From the NCBI GenBank assembly GCA_016748015.1, contig JAAOMT010000030.1:13796-77795 (forward strand): DNA of 64,000 bases, read 5' to 3'. A program made the position numbers and the translations under genes. The notes under the pieces are model-generated. The model saw only the letters and a program-made list of their open reading frames with translations, made no database searches and was not told the DNA's origin. This DNA comes from Geosiphon pyriformis uo1. Lineage: Eukaryota > Fungi > Glomeromycota. Each line of letters opens with the position of its first letter. Position 1 is the first letter of the stretch. Below, in pieces: positions 1 through 12,143 of the stretch.

Positions 1-685
1 GTATGTTAATAATATTAATAAAGAAGCAATAATCTTAATATGACATTTTAACTCATATATAGCAACTGGTTTTACTAACAAATTCATAACAAGTTTGTAT
101 ATCTATATTATAAAGACTTTGTATTATAAACTGCTAATAGTTATTAAAAAAACTTTATAATAAACATTATTATAGTGTTTTTGGTATGTATTATAATAAA
201 ATTAAAATTTTTAATTATAGTTTTGTCTGTTAAGAAAACCAAGTAGTATAATATAATTTTTTAATTACATATTCAATTTTATAATACTTTTTGTCTAATA
301 CTAATTTGTTTTTTATTATAATTTTTTAAGACTTAATTTTAAGTGCTTTTAATATGAATTTGTATATAATTTTATGTAAAAGTTTTATGTTCAAATCATA
401 AATAACTAAAGTCAGAATAGCTTTTAAATATACTAAACTGGCTTTTTTTAAAATAATGAATTTTGTGTATAATTTAATTTTTAATTATAGAAAGCAAATT
501 TGGTTGTTTATTTTAAAACTTAGAATAAAATTAAAAAAATTCAGAATTTTATCAATAAAAATTTTAGCTCTGGTTAATGTCAAAAAACTTTTTTATTGTT
601 ATAAATAATATAGTAAGTATTGTAATGTCTGTATATTGTAGTCTAAATTGGTTAAATAGCTAATTATATATAGTAAATATATTAT
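1..685 (+). mobile_element. Highly decayed 3' end of an older LINE (C-terminal ORF2 region plus 3' UTR)
   Basis: Conceptual translation from ~41 gives (W)HFNSYIATGFTN...KTLYYKLL...LYNKHY, matching LINE B (W)HSDSHLAVGFTN...KTLHHHLL...LYNKYY. Bases 640-685 resemble the LINE B 3' UTR (gtcttaattggcctgaatggctggtcatgtgtagcaaatac). Confidence 0.55.
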
Positions 686-1205
686 TATTAACTAAAATTT
701 AAGATATTAATTAATATAAAATTATTTTTATAATTATTATTTTGATTTATTACTTATTATTTTAGCAAATTATCTAAATTATTATTTAATTAATAATTTA
801 ATTTGTATTAAATACAAATATAATTAAATTATATAATATATTAAATTATATGACATTAAAAATTTACTAAAATATTTAATAATTTAACAAAATATTTAAC
901 AGTTTATTAAAATAATTTATAATTTACAGAAATAATTTGTTGTTTGACAAAATATATTTTTAGTTCACCAAAATATTAATAGAAAAAAAATGTTAAATTA
1001 TAGAATAGTATTATAATAAAAAAAAGCTTTTTTTTATAAAAATGTATTTTTGTTAAAATTAATCTTTACTTAAGTCTAAAATATTTTTGTTATAAATCAA
1101 TTTAAATAAAATTTATATTGAAAACATAAACTTTTTAAATTATTACTTTGAAATTTATTCTTATATACTAATATTTTAAAATTAATTAGTTACTAATTTT
1201 ATTAA
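686..1205 (+). repeat. Decayed G3-family LTR, left part (split by LINE A)
   Basis: Colinear AT-shifted match to the G3 LTR 37864-38420, e.g. ttattacttattattttagcaaattatc vs ttattacttattatttaatcaaattatc, and gaaataatttgttgtttgacaaaatatatttttagttcacc vs aaaataacttgtagtttgccgaaatgtatcttttgttcatcc. Confidence 0.6.
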
Positions 1206-1351
1206 TTTTTTTTTATTTTTATTTTTTATTAAAGTTTAACGAGTAAAGTCCAAACACCACCTAGTGCTATACATCATACAAATGATCTAAACTAGGCACA
1301 AATTATGCCTTTGCTACATGTGACTAAACACTCAGACTAGTCAGAACAACA

Positions 1352-4300
1352 CTATGCACTTATATGAACAGAAGCCATGTTATCAACACCAGCATAAAAC
1401 AAACAATGCTTACGATATCCAAAACTGATGCCAAATGCATCAGCAACTCTCAACAACCTAATCACCCCAGCCGAAAGCCATGCAGAAAAACCAGAAACTG
1501 TGACAGGAATGAAACCATCACGTGGAATCAGCTTATTCTTCTCTATAATGGCCCGGTGTTTTGCACAGACCAACCAGATATTATCACAAAATGCAAGACA
1601 AAACTTACATACAAAATTCACAATATTAACCACTGCCACCTTAGGATCCTTGTAAACAGAAACAGACTCGTAATACCAATCATTGAAAACAAAGCCCTTA
1701 CACAGAGCCATACTGACAGTCACATCCAAAATGCAAGTTGACAACAATTGCAATACGCATGAAAAAGAACAAGACAGACCAGAATGCATCTCCCAGGCAG
1801 CTGCATAAGTATCCAACAAACCAGTGTGATTATCAGCATCAGAAAAGCAAGAAAAGACATGGTCTGAGACCTCAACCTCACCACAAAACAAACAAACCAC
1901 ACTGGGATAACCCTTATCATACAGACGCTTTCGCACAGCAACAGGAAAGCAATAATGAAGAGCTTTCATGAAATATGTATGAAAGCCAGCCGTTCGACTA
2001 CTAGTAAAACTAGTCGTCATATGGGAATCCAGGTGCCATACCAGAAAAGACCTCAACCAGTCAACATCAGCACGCAAACAACCTGGAACAAACTGGAAAC
2101 CAGAACCAACCTCCCAATGCGCACGATGGATTGACCTGAAAACATTACAAACAAAATGTCTCGAATTACCAAAAACCATATCAACACCAGCCTTCAAAAA
2201 CCTCTTACTGACCAAGTAGGACAGGTGCCAGGCAGAAAGGGCAGCATTTTTTGCCAGCACATCAGCATGCTTGTTGCCCAAAACACCCAAATGGTCCTTA
2301 ACCTTAATCCAATTAACATCCAAATTTTTGCAATGAATGACATTGGCAATGTGACGATGCTTAATCCAACAACAATTCCTGAAATTGGGGCCAATTGATA
2401 AAGACTCTGACCTGCAAGCATCTATAGCTGCCTGGCTGTCCAAGAACAAGTCAACTGACCAAAAAAAAAGAACACACTCAAGAGCCAAAGCAATGGCCTA
2501 CAACTCCGCCAAAGTAGAAAAAACCAAATCAGAAACCTCTACACCCAGACCTGAATCAATGTTCTCAAAGAAAACTGCAGCACCAGCCAACATGTCAACA
2601 GTGCCCAAGTTACTCAGAGATCCATCTGTGTACACAAAGAGGCGGGTGGCACCAACATTCAACATATCATTACAAATAACACCAAAACCAAGAGACTGAT
2701 GAATGTTAGAAGAGCTACAAACACCCTTATGAGGAGAACGACCTAAAGAAGAAGCAACACCACCAAGAAAATGTACAGAGAGATCAAATCAGAAAGGGAC
2801 CAGGCCATGAGGGTCCAGTCTTTTCCAACACTTGAAAGTCTTCCAATCAAAAACAACACCATTCTGGTCATAAAGCTGTTCTACGAAAACAACACCATAA
2901 TGCCTGAGGAAAGAGATACATTTGAAAAAAATTATCTTGCCAAGAACTAAAGACATAGGGGTACCACTTCGAAGATGAAAAGCACCAGCCAGAGAGCCAC
3001 TCAAAGACAAATCAAACCTGGAAAAAATACGAACTACATCTGCCAAAAAGTTGTCTGAAGGGCTGACTCTAACACAAGCAGGAAACAACAAAGGGTAATG
3101 AGGACACCAGTTGAGAATCTGGAGATTGTGAGACCTATGAGAAAACAAGCAACCCAAAACACCAACCGAATTTGCAAAAACAATGACAGAAGCTGACTTG
3201 CTCTCAGTCTGAATCTGCTCAAAAGTTTTTAAATTGTACAAGGAAAGATGATGAAGTGCATTATTAAAAAAGTTCAGAGACAGCCCAGATTTAGATTTCA
3301 GACCCTTGCAAATTAAAGTGTCCCATTTATTACACACACTAAGAGAAATATAACTGAACTGAATTCTGTAACTAATGATAAGAAAGAGAACTGAAGACAC
3401 CAAATAAGCAAACTGTTTATCCAAAACAAATTTTTTTAGAATGAGATTGGTAAAAAACCGAACATCCAAATGTGCCTTAACCAAGCTAGGCTTTGAAAAA
3501 TCTTCAGAAGATAAAAAAATCCCTAAATAATGATGAGGTTCACCTCTTTTAGCAATGAAGATTGGCAGACCACTGATAGTTAGATAAGGAGCAGTGACCT
3601 GACAGTTGATAGAAATGGCCACAGTCTTGTCATTGTTTATCAAAATGTCATTTAAACAAAAGAAATCACTAGCAACATTGAGGATGTGTTGTGTAGCAGC
3701 TTGGCTGCTACCAACTCAGATAGTATCATCAACAAAAGCACCAGCAGCCAGAAACGACATCAGCCCAGCTTGAGATTCCAGCCGGCCATTCTTAGAAACG
3801 AAATGAGAAATCAATCTGTAATCACAAATGCTCTTCTAATCTCACACAAAAGCAAGTTATAAAATATGTGCCAAAGAAGTGGCAAAAAAACCTCCCTTTG
3901 ATCCAATCTATTGTGAACATGATATCCATCAGTCAAACCAAAATCTGTCATCACTCTGTTAATACAACCATTATGAATGCTACCAAAAAATCTGATAAAT
4001 TTGTCACACATTTTGATCCTAACCAAACTCTTCTTGAGATGCTTCTAACCAACAGAATCATAAGCTTTGTGCATATCCTGTAAAACCAGTCACAACTCTT
4101 GGTTCTTTTCTAAAACATCTTTGATCACTAAACCAATAGCGAAAATAGGTGATTGAGTGGACATACTTTTTAGGACAGAGAAATTGTCTCCACAGAGGAC
4201 ATCAAAAGTGCTACAAGCCAGAAAGATCCGATCTGAAAGAATTTTGGAAAAAACCTTGCGAGCTGTTTCAATCAAAGCAATGGAATAGGTATTTGTAAAA

Positions 4301-6032
4301 ACCCCCTCCCACTTGTAAGGTTTAGGTATCATCAAGACCCAGGCTTCCCTCCAAGGTCCAGGCACTAATTCACAATCCAAACAAAAATTTAAGAGCACCA
4401 AAAGCATATCCAAGACTGACTTGTTACAGTGTTTTCAAAGTTCATTAGTGATACCAAAAAAACCAGCTGCTTTCTCATCGGGCAAATTTGAAACAACACT
4501 AAACATCTCATCAAAACCGATTGAATGCATTACATCAGAGAAGGCATCATTGAAGACATGATCCAAAGGCCAAAATTGTTTTGCCCAATTACCAGAGATA
4601 TCAGAAGCCACCACACGTTTCCTAGTCCAACTCTTTATGATTTCATCCACCTTAGATTTAACCAACTCAGGCTCTAAAACCAACTCCCCACCATCCACCA
4701 AATGATCCAACACCACTTTATGAAAAAGACGCTCCAAAACACTCCTAATAATATGACTCTTATCCACCTCAAAACTCTTCATTCTCCTCTTAATAGCCTG
4801 TCTTACACTAGATTCTTCAGCATGCTTAGATTCCAACAACTTAGAAGAGTGGTAAAACTTCCTCACCTTAGCCAGCCCAGAACAGATTGCATCAAAATTG
4901 GCACCAGAAAGAAACAAAGATTTCACTGGCAAAGTGCCCACAGAATCAAGCCTGTTCCAAGTATTCAACAACGAGGCAAAATTCCTACCAGAAACCAACC
5001 AAGAAGTCTTCACCAGTTTAGACACAAGTAGCTTCAGTTTATGAAACCGGGAAGAAATCTTATTAAATACACAATCAAAATCCTTAAACCATTTTTTCTT
5101 GAACATTACACCAGCCGAAAGAACCATAACTTTATGAACAATGTCCCACATCACATCCAGATCAGAAAACTACTCAGCTGCAACAAACTTATCTGAGAAC
5201 ATAACAGCATTAACAGCTGTAGCATTCCTGAATTCTGACCACTTAACCTTACTGGCATTTCTGATATCATACTTCTAACAATTCTTATTTGCTTGTTTGC
5301 ACAGTGAGCTCAACTGGACATTGAGCAGGCCACCCAGTTCCACAGAAACATAAACAGCCTTGTGATCAGTATTAAAATAGTCCTCAATGTCATCCACACC
5401 ACAATCTACCACTGCACCAACCAAATTAAAAGAAACGAACATGTAGTCAATTGTCTTAGTGATACCACAAGAATTGTACCAAGTAGGTAACTTCACAAAA
5501 GAGCTCCCCCCAGAGAGTTAATCAAACCCAAATCAAAACATTTCTTGAAACTGGCACATTTGTGAGAACCATCCTCATTAAAATCACCACCAAGAATAAT
5601 AAAAGAAGACTCATTGATGGCTTTAGCAATGAGAGAGTTGATCTTACCAGCCTAAAAAAACCAAACCACCGATGAAGCACCTGCATAGATCTCCAAAATA
5701 GACATTGAGAGTTTATCTTTGAAAAGCAACTTGATGGATAAGAGCCGACCAGGCACCTCAAAGACCTTGCAGACGTGTCTTGCCAAAGAAAAATTCATGA
5801 CAATTAACACTTCAGCACTTATAGAACCAGAATCTAGACCAGAAATAAAGACCCAAACACCATCAAATTTGTTGGCCAACCATGAGCGAACTTTTCCTTT
5901 AAGCTTTGACTCCATAAAAATAGAAACTAAATTGTTCATATTCTTGTGCCAACGAATAACATCATCTTGCTTCACAAAATTGTTCAATCCACAAACATTA
6001 CACATGGCAATTTTCTATACCAGACCACTCAT
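1352..6032 (-). pseudogene. LINE A ORF2: AP endonuclease, reverse transcriptase, RNase H, C-terminal CxxC..H..C finger
   Basis: Endonuclease motifs CNVCGLN, MESKL, TIDY, NTDH. RT motifs IPKPYKW..IALIET, LDQREVF, AFVDDT. RNase H motifs YTDGSL, DSQAA, KVKDHLGVLGNKHAD. Terminal finger CLFCGEVEVSDHVFSC. Many premature stops. Confidence 0.92.
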
Positions 6033-7687
6033 TAAGAAAGAGGTAGAGGAAGAGCACCACTCGCCAAAGCCAAACCATCCAAGCGTGCTGATAGGCTCAT
6101 GACTAAAGCAGAGAGACCTTCCAACATGTTTTTCAATTTCACAACCTCAGATGAGACAGTTGAACCCCGAACGGCAGCAGTCTTGTCACTAGTGGCATTA
6201 CCCGAACCTATTCTCATTACTATATCCTCCCCTTGATTCTGTGATGGGGGGGTCACTGGCAGCTGACATCCAGAGCTAGGCTGAAAAACTGCTGACACAA
6301 ACAATTCCAACTTTTTAGCCAACTTCCTGTGAGGCTTACAAGACTGCTTTCAATGCAAACCAAACATTTTTCCAAATCATTCACAACAGAAAGGAGAGGT
6401 TTATCAACATTGTTAGAACTAATAAGCAAACCAGTACCATGAGAATTGTACACCAGAGGAGCACCAACAACTAATGTCCAAGTCTTATCACTGAAGACCA
6501 ATAGACGAGAAATGGGCGTGGATTTCTGAACGTAGATAGTTGCCAATCTGACCTGATTCTGAGCAGAAAAAGATGCCTTTCTGCCCTTCAAGGTCAAACC
6601 AACCTTAACTGAAGCACAATTGAGAAATATATGACCTAAAAGACTGCAGACTGAGCACAGTGCCAAAGAAAGGCGGGACCAGCAAAGGCCAATCCTTTTT
6701 ATAACTGGGGTTGCAGCCATTGCACTAACCAGATCAGATTCAGACCCAAAGCAAACAGTAACACAGCAAGCACAGGCATAGCTAACAGGATTGTAATCAA
6801 TGACACATGTTTTCCCACCAACCGAACCAATGAAATCCTAAAGATCATGAGTATTTGTTTTTACAGAAAGAGTGTATAGCAGCACCCTGAATTTGTTTCT
6901 GAAATCCCATGTCTGTTTGTCAACATCGGTCCTGGCCACACATATTGCATTCTTTCCAATGAGGATAGACCATTTGGATGCCAAGAGATCAGCCTAATTC
7001 TGATTTTCTAATTCAATGATCGCCTTTTGCTACAGACTTACAAGCTGCATCTTGATCAACTTAATCAATCCAAACTCAGACACGACAGTGCGCACAGCCT
7101 CCACGGAAGTTTCCACAGAAATTTTTTTCATCACAATTGCTCAATCCATATGGTTGTTTACAGAGCACTTAAGATTGGTGTTTACCACAACACCATGATC
7201 ATTTGCCAACTTTTTAGCAGCCATCATTGCTTTTTCCGAAGTGAAAGTCACATGAATAATCCCACCAAATTTTGAGGGAGTAGAAGCCCCCCCAAAACCA
7301 TTGACACTTGAAAAAATTTTCCTAATAAAACTCAATTTTTCTTGAGAGAACTTCCCAGCAATGGCCACAAGATCAATATCTAAAGCAAAAGATTTGCAAA
7401 CAGGTATCTGAACAGTCGGTTTGATAGGTAGAGGGGGTGGGAGAAGAAAGGAATCGTCCAACATGTCATCATTTGTACTGACAGTATCATAATCAATTAC
7501 ACCCAGAGACTTCCCTAACATCTTTTTGGTCTTTACACACAAACTCTTTAGCATTTGATTAAGATTCTCTTCTGTGAAAGCACCACTCTTATTATAGTCA
7601 ATACTGGTTTTTTTAACCAAGCACTCCTCCTCCATGTCAATACTCTCAGACTCAGTAATGTCACCTGTTTTAGAACTCCATAAACAA

Positions 7688-8760
7688 TGTTACCTGAGTA
7701 GAAAAACCAATCCAAAGTTATGAAGAAACGTGACCAAAATGTGACATAACACAGAATAATGCGCAATAACGTTGGATAACACGTTATAACGTAGGATAAC
7801 ATGTTATAATACAGGATAACACAGAATAGTGTGCAATAATGTAGGATAATGTGTTATAACACAGAATAATATGTAATAATGTCAAATAACGTGTTATAAC
7901 ATAGGATAACTAGTGATAACGTAGAAAAATGAAGCAATAACAGAAACAACAAAGCAATAGCTAGTGATAGTAAGACAATTGAAAGCAATCCTGTAAAACC
8001 AAAAAAATGTATAAAAGCAAGTAGTTATAGAAGTGAGAAAAGACAGACAGATAGATACAAACTTCTAAACCAGAATTAAAATATCCATACCCTTTCATCC
8101 TTTATTATCTTTCCTATTTTATCTCCTAAAATAAACCAATTATTAAAGAAATCAGAATCACAAATTCATGTTCTCGAACTTCGTGGAATTTACGTGAATT
8201 AACTCTTGTCTCATACCTCCATTCTAAAACAGATGCTCTTAGCATAATCACCTCGAATCTATTAACAATTTGGACCAATCGCTCTTGATCACAGCAATTG
8301 ACAATACTAATTTATCTTTTCTCTCTTTTCTTTTCTTTTCTTTTTCTTTTTCTTTCTTTTTCTGTCTTATTTTTGTGGAGTGGCAACATAGTAAAATTGA
8401 CTGTCTGGGAATAGACTTTGTGATAGCCTGGTAAAAAAGGGAAGCTCCCCCTAAGTTTTGGATATTAACCTTATCTTGTTAGCTTACCAGAAGGGCAAAA
8501 AGACAATGCCAGATCTTAATGACTGTGCTCATTAGCTCAGAAAAGAAAGCTCACATTTACAAAAAATGTTGCAATCGACGAAAGACAAACTCTGTGCCTT
8601 ATAACCAAAGAACTTAATGGGTAAAATTCACATCCAGGAATAGACCTTTAGAGACTGATAATCAAGACTAAGCCAACAGAATTACGTGGAAGATGCATCA
8701 TCAATAATTGAGAGCACCAAACATTACCATTTCCCATACTCACTAAGTTTATCTGTAACA
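7688..8760 (+). repeat. Solo LTR (1073 bp), downstream part related to the G4 LTRs
   Basis: TGTTA...TAACA termini. Flanks ACAA/ATAA form a 4-bp TSD with one C>T change. Removing it restores the LINE A ORF1 frame (gct tgt tta tgg). Bases 8200-8700 match 47270-47700. Confidence 0.9.
7740..7925 (+). repeat. Degenerate short tandem repeats in LTR U3 (ggataac/acagaataa/gttataac units)
   Basis: Direct reading. The same array recurs at ~61680-61860 and, inverted, at ~62660-62830. Confidence 0.75.
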
Positions 8761-9060
8761 ATAAGCACCAGGAGTCTCAGCAGCAACCCTTTTATTATCA
8801 ATACTCTTTGCCAACACATCTCCCTTCCTCTTCTTCCTTGACACAACTGCCTTAAAACCACTTTTAGAACCAGAAACTTTAATTGTCTTCTTCATAACAG
8901 CAATAACAGGGCCAACAGTGGCCTTGTAATCGAAGAACGGTTTTGATTTATTATACTAAATAGTAAAAAACTTCTTTCAAAAAAACTTTTGACTCTTTTT
9001 GGAGAATTTTAAACAAAGGAGAGAAAGAAGTTTTTTTTTTATTTTTTTAAAATTTTTTTA

Positions 9061-9483
9061 TTATTAATTATTAATAATCTTTAGGCTTAAATTCAAAATA
9101 ACTTTTTTAGTATAATTTTTTATTTTTTTTTCTTAATTATATTTTTTTCATTATTTTTTTTATATTATTAGATAATTTACAGTCAAAATTTTTTGTTAAA
9201 AAATTGACTTTTATAGCAAAGTAATTATATATTAATTAAAAAACTTATAAATAAAATTTTTTTGTAAAAAAATTGACTTTTACTACAAAGTAATTGTACA
9301 AATAATTGATATAAATTGGCCAGTTTATTATAAATTCAACAGCATATATAGTTCAAAGTATAAAAAGATATTTTAAAAGAAGAATTAACTTATTAAAAAT
9401 TTACTAATTTCTATTAACAGTAAAATTAACAGTAAAATAACATTAATAATATTAAAAAAAGAGTAAAAAAACTTTTAATAATA
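9061..9483 (+). repeat. Decayed G3-family LTR, right part
   Basis: aattgacttttatagcaaagtaatt and aacattaataatattaaaaaaagagtaaaaaaac match the G3 LTR 38560-38835. Left and right parts total ~945 bp vs 972 bp for the G3 LTR. Confidence 0.6.
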
Positions 9484-10598
9484 ATATAAATATGTTTAAT
9501 TTAAAATTTTGAATAGTAATATCATATTAAATAGTGGTTAAATTGTATTTATTAATATTAATATTAATAAAAAAATTACAAGATATTAATATTACTTATA
9601 AATATTTTTAAAATTTTTATTATTATTTATAATATTAATATTTAATTAATTAATTAAAAATATTATTATTATTTTTATTTTTTATTTAAATAATATTATA
9701 TACAAAAAAAGTTTGTAAAATTATTATAATTTATAAAATAAATTAAAAAATAACAAATTAAATAATATTAAATTAAAAAATAATATTTAAGTTAAATTAT
9801 TTAAATTATTTAAATATAATATAAAAAGTTAAAAAATATAATTATTATAGTTTAAAGTAAATTGTTTATTTTTAGTAGGTTTTTAAATAATATTAGCAGA
9901 GAATTAATTAAGATTAAAACTAAAATTAATATTAATTTAAATAATACTTTAGATAAAAATATTTATATTTAATTGTTGGCTTTTTAAAAGTATTAACCAA
10001 ATTGTATTAAGTCAAAAATAAATATTAAATAGATAAGTAATATTATTATAAATAATAATATATTAATATAATTATGTATAAAATATCTTTTTAAAATAAA
10101 TTTTTTTTTATAGATTTATGTAATTTAGTTTAAATAGGTTTATGTTTGGTTATATGTAAAAAATATATAAATTATTTTTAATTTAAGTTGCCTTATTATA
10201 TTAAATAATAATTGGACTACAGATTAAATAATAATAAAAAATATAATTAATATAATTTTTTTTACATATTTAATATATATAATAAATTAGCCAGAAATAT
10301 ATTGTTTAAAATATAGGATTGTTTTAACTAATTTAAATAACTGGTTTATACAAACAAAACATAATCAAATTTTTTTTTATAAAATTGTTAATATTTACAG
10401 AAAATAATGTATTGTTTAAAAAATCTGGTGTAAAAAATTCAGTCATTAACAGCTATTTATTTTGAATAAAATACTTTTTTAATTCCGAAAATATAAAAAA
10501 ACCAAAATAAGCATGACAAATTTAAAAATTAAAATTGATTTAAGCAAATAATAAAACTTGTATAACATCAGTATATTTAATATAGGGTGTTTAAAAGT

Positions 10599-11437
10599 CT
10601 AAGCTTCCATTATAGATAATTGCTCCTCTGGCAAATTAAACCACTCATCTTTTAAAGCATCATTTGCAGTCGGTCGACTATTAGGATTTTTGTTCATTAA
10701 TTTTTCCTTAAACTGTTTAGCGGATGAAGAAAGTGAAATATGGTTGTAAATTCTAGTATGTTTGAAAAGATTTCCAACCATCCATATATCGCCTGCAGCG
10801 CTACAAAAGTCTTCCCCCGATTTATATTCTGGAGCTCCAATAGCCAATGAATCTCTTTGTAAAGTAAATAGCAACAATTAGCAAACATGTCTAACCGTAA
10901 GTCGAAATTCTTTTATCACTGTACCTTGAAGCTCCTAAGGGAGCAGCTTCTTCAAAGTCAATTAACATCCAACTATCATTCGGGAGTCTTAAAACATTAT
11001 CCCAGCGAATATCCCGATGGACGACGTTCATCTTATGAAGTTTTTCTAGCGTTACAAGTACATGCCGTATAGCATCTCGCAGCTCGCGTTCACATTTAGG
11101 AAATATCGTAAAGCCAACCGGAGCNNNNNNNNNNNNNNNNNNNNTTACCTGTCTTATTAGTTTCTATAAAGTGATCTTGTAATTTTTCCATCTGCAACTC
11201 CCATCTATCTTTGCTCGCCTCCAGCTTTTTTTCTTGCTTTTCCAGATCTTCCTTTTCTTCTATCCATGCCTCTTTTTCATCAGTATCCGTCCACTTTTTT
11301 ACTCTCAGGTTCCTCTTCAACTCTTCTAATCTATCTCCCTTCTCACCCTTCCTAAACTCCTTCAGCTCCTCCACGCATCTCTCATAATGGGTCGTAGCCA
11401 CCTCTAATTGACGTTTAATATCTTCACCAGCAGACAT
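10599..11437 (-). CDS. Crinkler (CRN8/D2-like) protein kinase with N-terminal coiled coil; multi-exon, middle lost in N gap 11125-11144
   Basis: Exon 11124-10925 reads APVGFTIFPKCERELRDAIRHVLVTLEKLHKMNVVHRDIRWDNVLRLPNDSWMLIDFEEAA. A GT..ctaat..AG intron spans 10924-10855. The last exon has GAPEY, DIWMVG and RPTANDAL. The N-terminal E/K-rich exon from 11437 ends at a GTAA donor. That both parts belong to one gene is inferred across the gap. Confidence 0.8.
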
Positions 11438-11634
11438 GGTGTTTTGCGTGTTTGTTATGGTTTGGGAAGATATGGGCCTAATATATGTTTGGTTCGTGTC
11501 AATGACGTTTCAGATCTTTGATTTATCAGTATTTAGGTAACAAACCCGCTATTGTTAAATTATAACCCTGCCGTATGCCTATATAATATAATTGTTTTTT
11601 AATAATTATTGTATTGTGCAATATTCATTAAATT

Positions 11635-11991
11635 NNNNNNNNNNNNNNNNNNNNNNNNNNNNNNNNNNNNNNNNNNNNNNNNNNNNNNNNNNNNNNNNNN
11701 NNNNNNNNNNNNNNNNNNNNNNNNNNNNNNNNNNNNNNNNNNNNNNNNNNNNNNNNNNNNNNNNNNNNNNNNNNNNNNNNNNNNNNNNNNNNNNNNNNNN
11801 NNNNNNNNNNNNNNNNNNNNNNNNNNNNNNNNNNNNNNNNNNNNNNNNNNNNNNNNNNNNNNNNNNNNNNNNNNNNNNNNNNNNNNNNNNNNNNNNNNNN
11901 NNNNNNNNNNNNNNNNNNNNNNNNNNNNNNNNNNNNNNNNNNNNNNNNNNNNNNNNNNNNNNNNNNNNNNNNNNNNNNNNNNNNNNNNNNN
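11635..11991. other. Assembly gap (N run); other gaps at 11125-11144 and 34470-35158
   Basis: Runs of n in the sequence. Confidence 1.
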
Positions 11992-12143
11992 TCCGTCCAC
12001 TTTTTTACTCTCAGGTTCCTCTTCAACTCTTCTAATCTATCTCCCTTCTCACCCTTCCTAAACTCCTTCAGCTCCTCCACGCATCTCCTATACTCGGTCT
12101 TAACGTCTCCTAATTCACGTTCGACTCTGTCGACACTAGCCAT
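11992..12143 (-). CDS. Second copy (partial) of the coiled-coil N-terminal exon of the kinase gene
   Basis: Identical to 11286-11380 from codon 20 onward. Upstream 12144-12329 is nearly identical to 11438-11634. Truncated by N gap 11635-11991. Confidence 0.7.

Larger units (their letters stand above)
6029..8895 (-). pseudogene. LINE A ORF1 (nucleic-acid-binding protein with CCHC knuckle), interrupted by solo LTR 7688-8760
   Basis: Starts ATG AAG AAG at 8895, as LINE B does at 13376. Fragments 7141-7635, 6253-6720 (CSVCSLLGHIFLNC knuckle) and 6032-6322 are homologous to LINE B/C ORF1. Confidence 0.85.
1206..9030 (-). mobile_element. LINE A, full-length non-LTR retrotransposon (ORF1 + APE-RT-RNase H-zinc finger ORF2), decayed, interrupted by a solo LTR
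   Basis: A-rich tail at ~1206-1230 on the minus strand. The 5' UTR is shared with LINE B and C (aaaaagagtcaaaaagttt). ORF fragments cover all domains. Confidence 0.95.

Noticed and set aside
636-662. tRNA A-box-like sequence tgtagtctaaattggttaa
   Set aside because: No B box or cloverleaf; explained as decayed LINE 3' UTR.
7740-7925. Short repeated units resembling a CRISPR array
   Set aside because: Degenerate, irregular units with no unique spacers, inside an LTR U3 in eukaryotic DNA; no cas genes.
11592-12061. Long ORFs in the ORF track (also 34429-35294)
   Set aside because: Artefacts of translating through N gaps.
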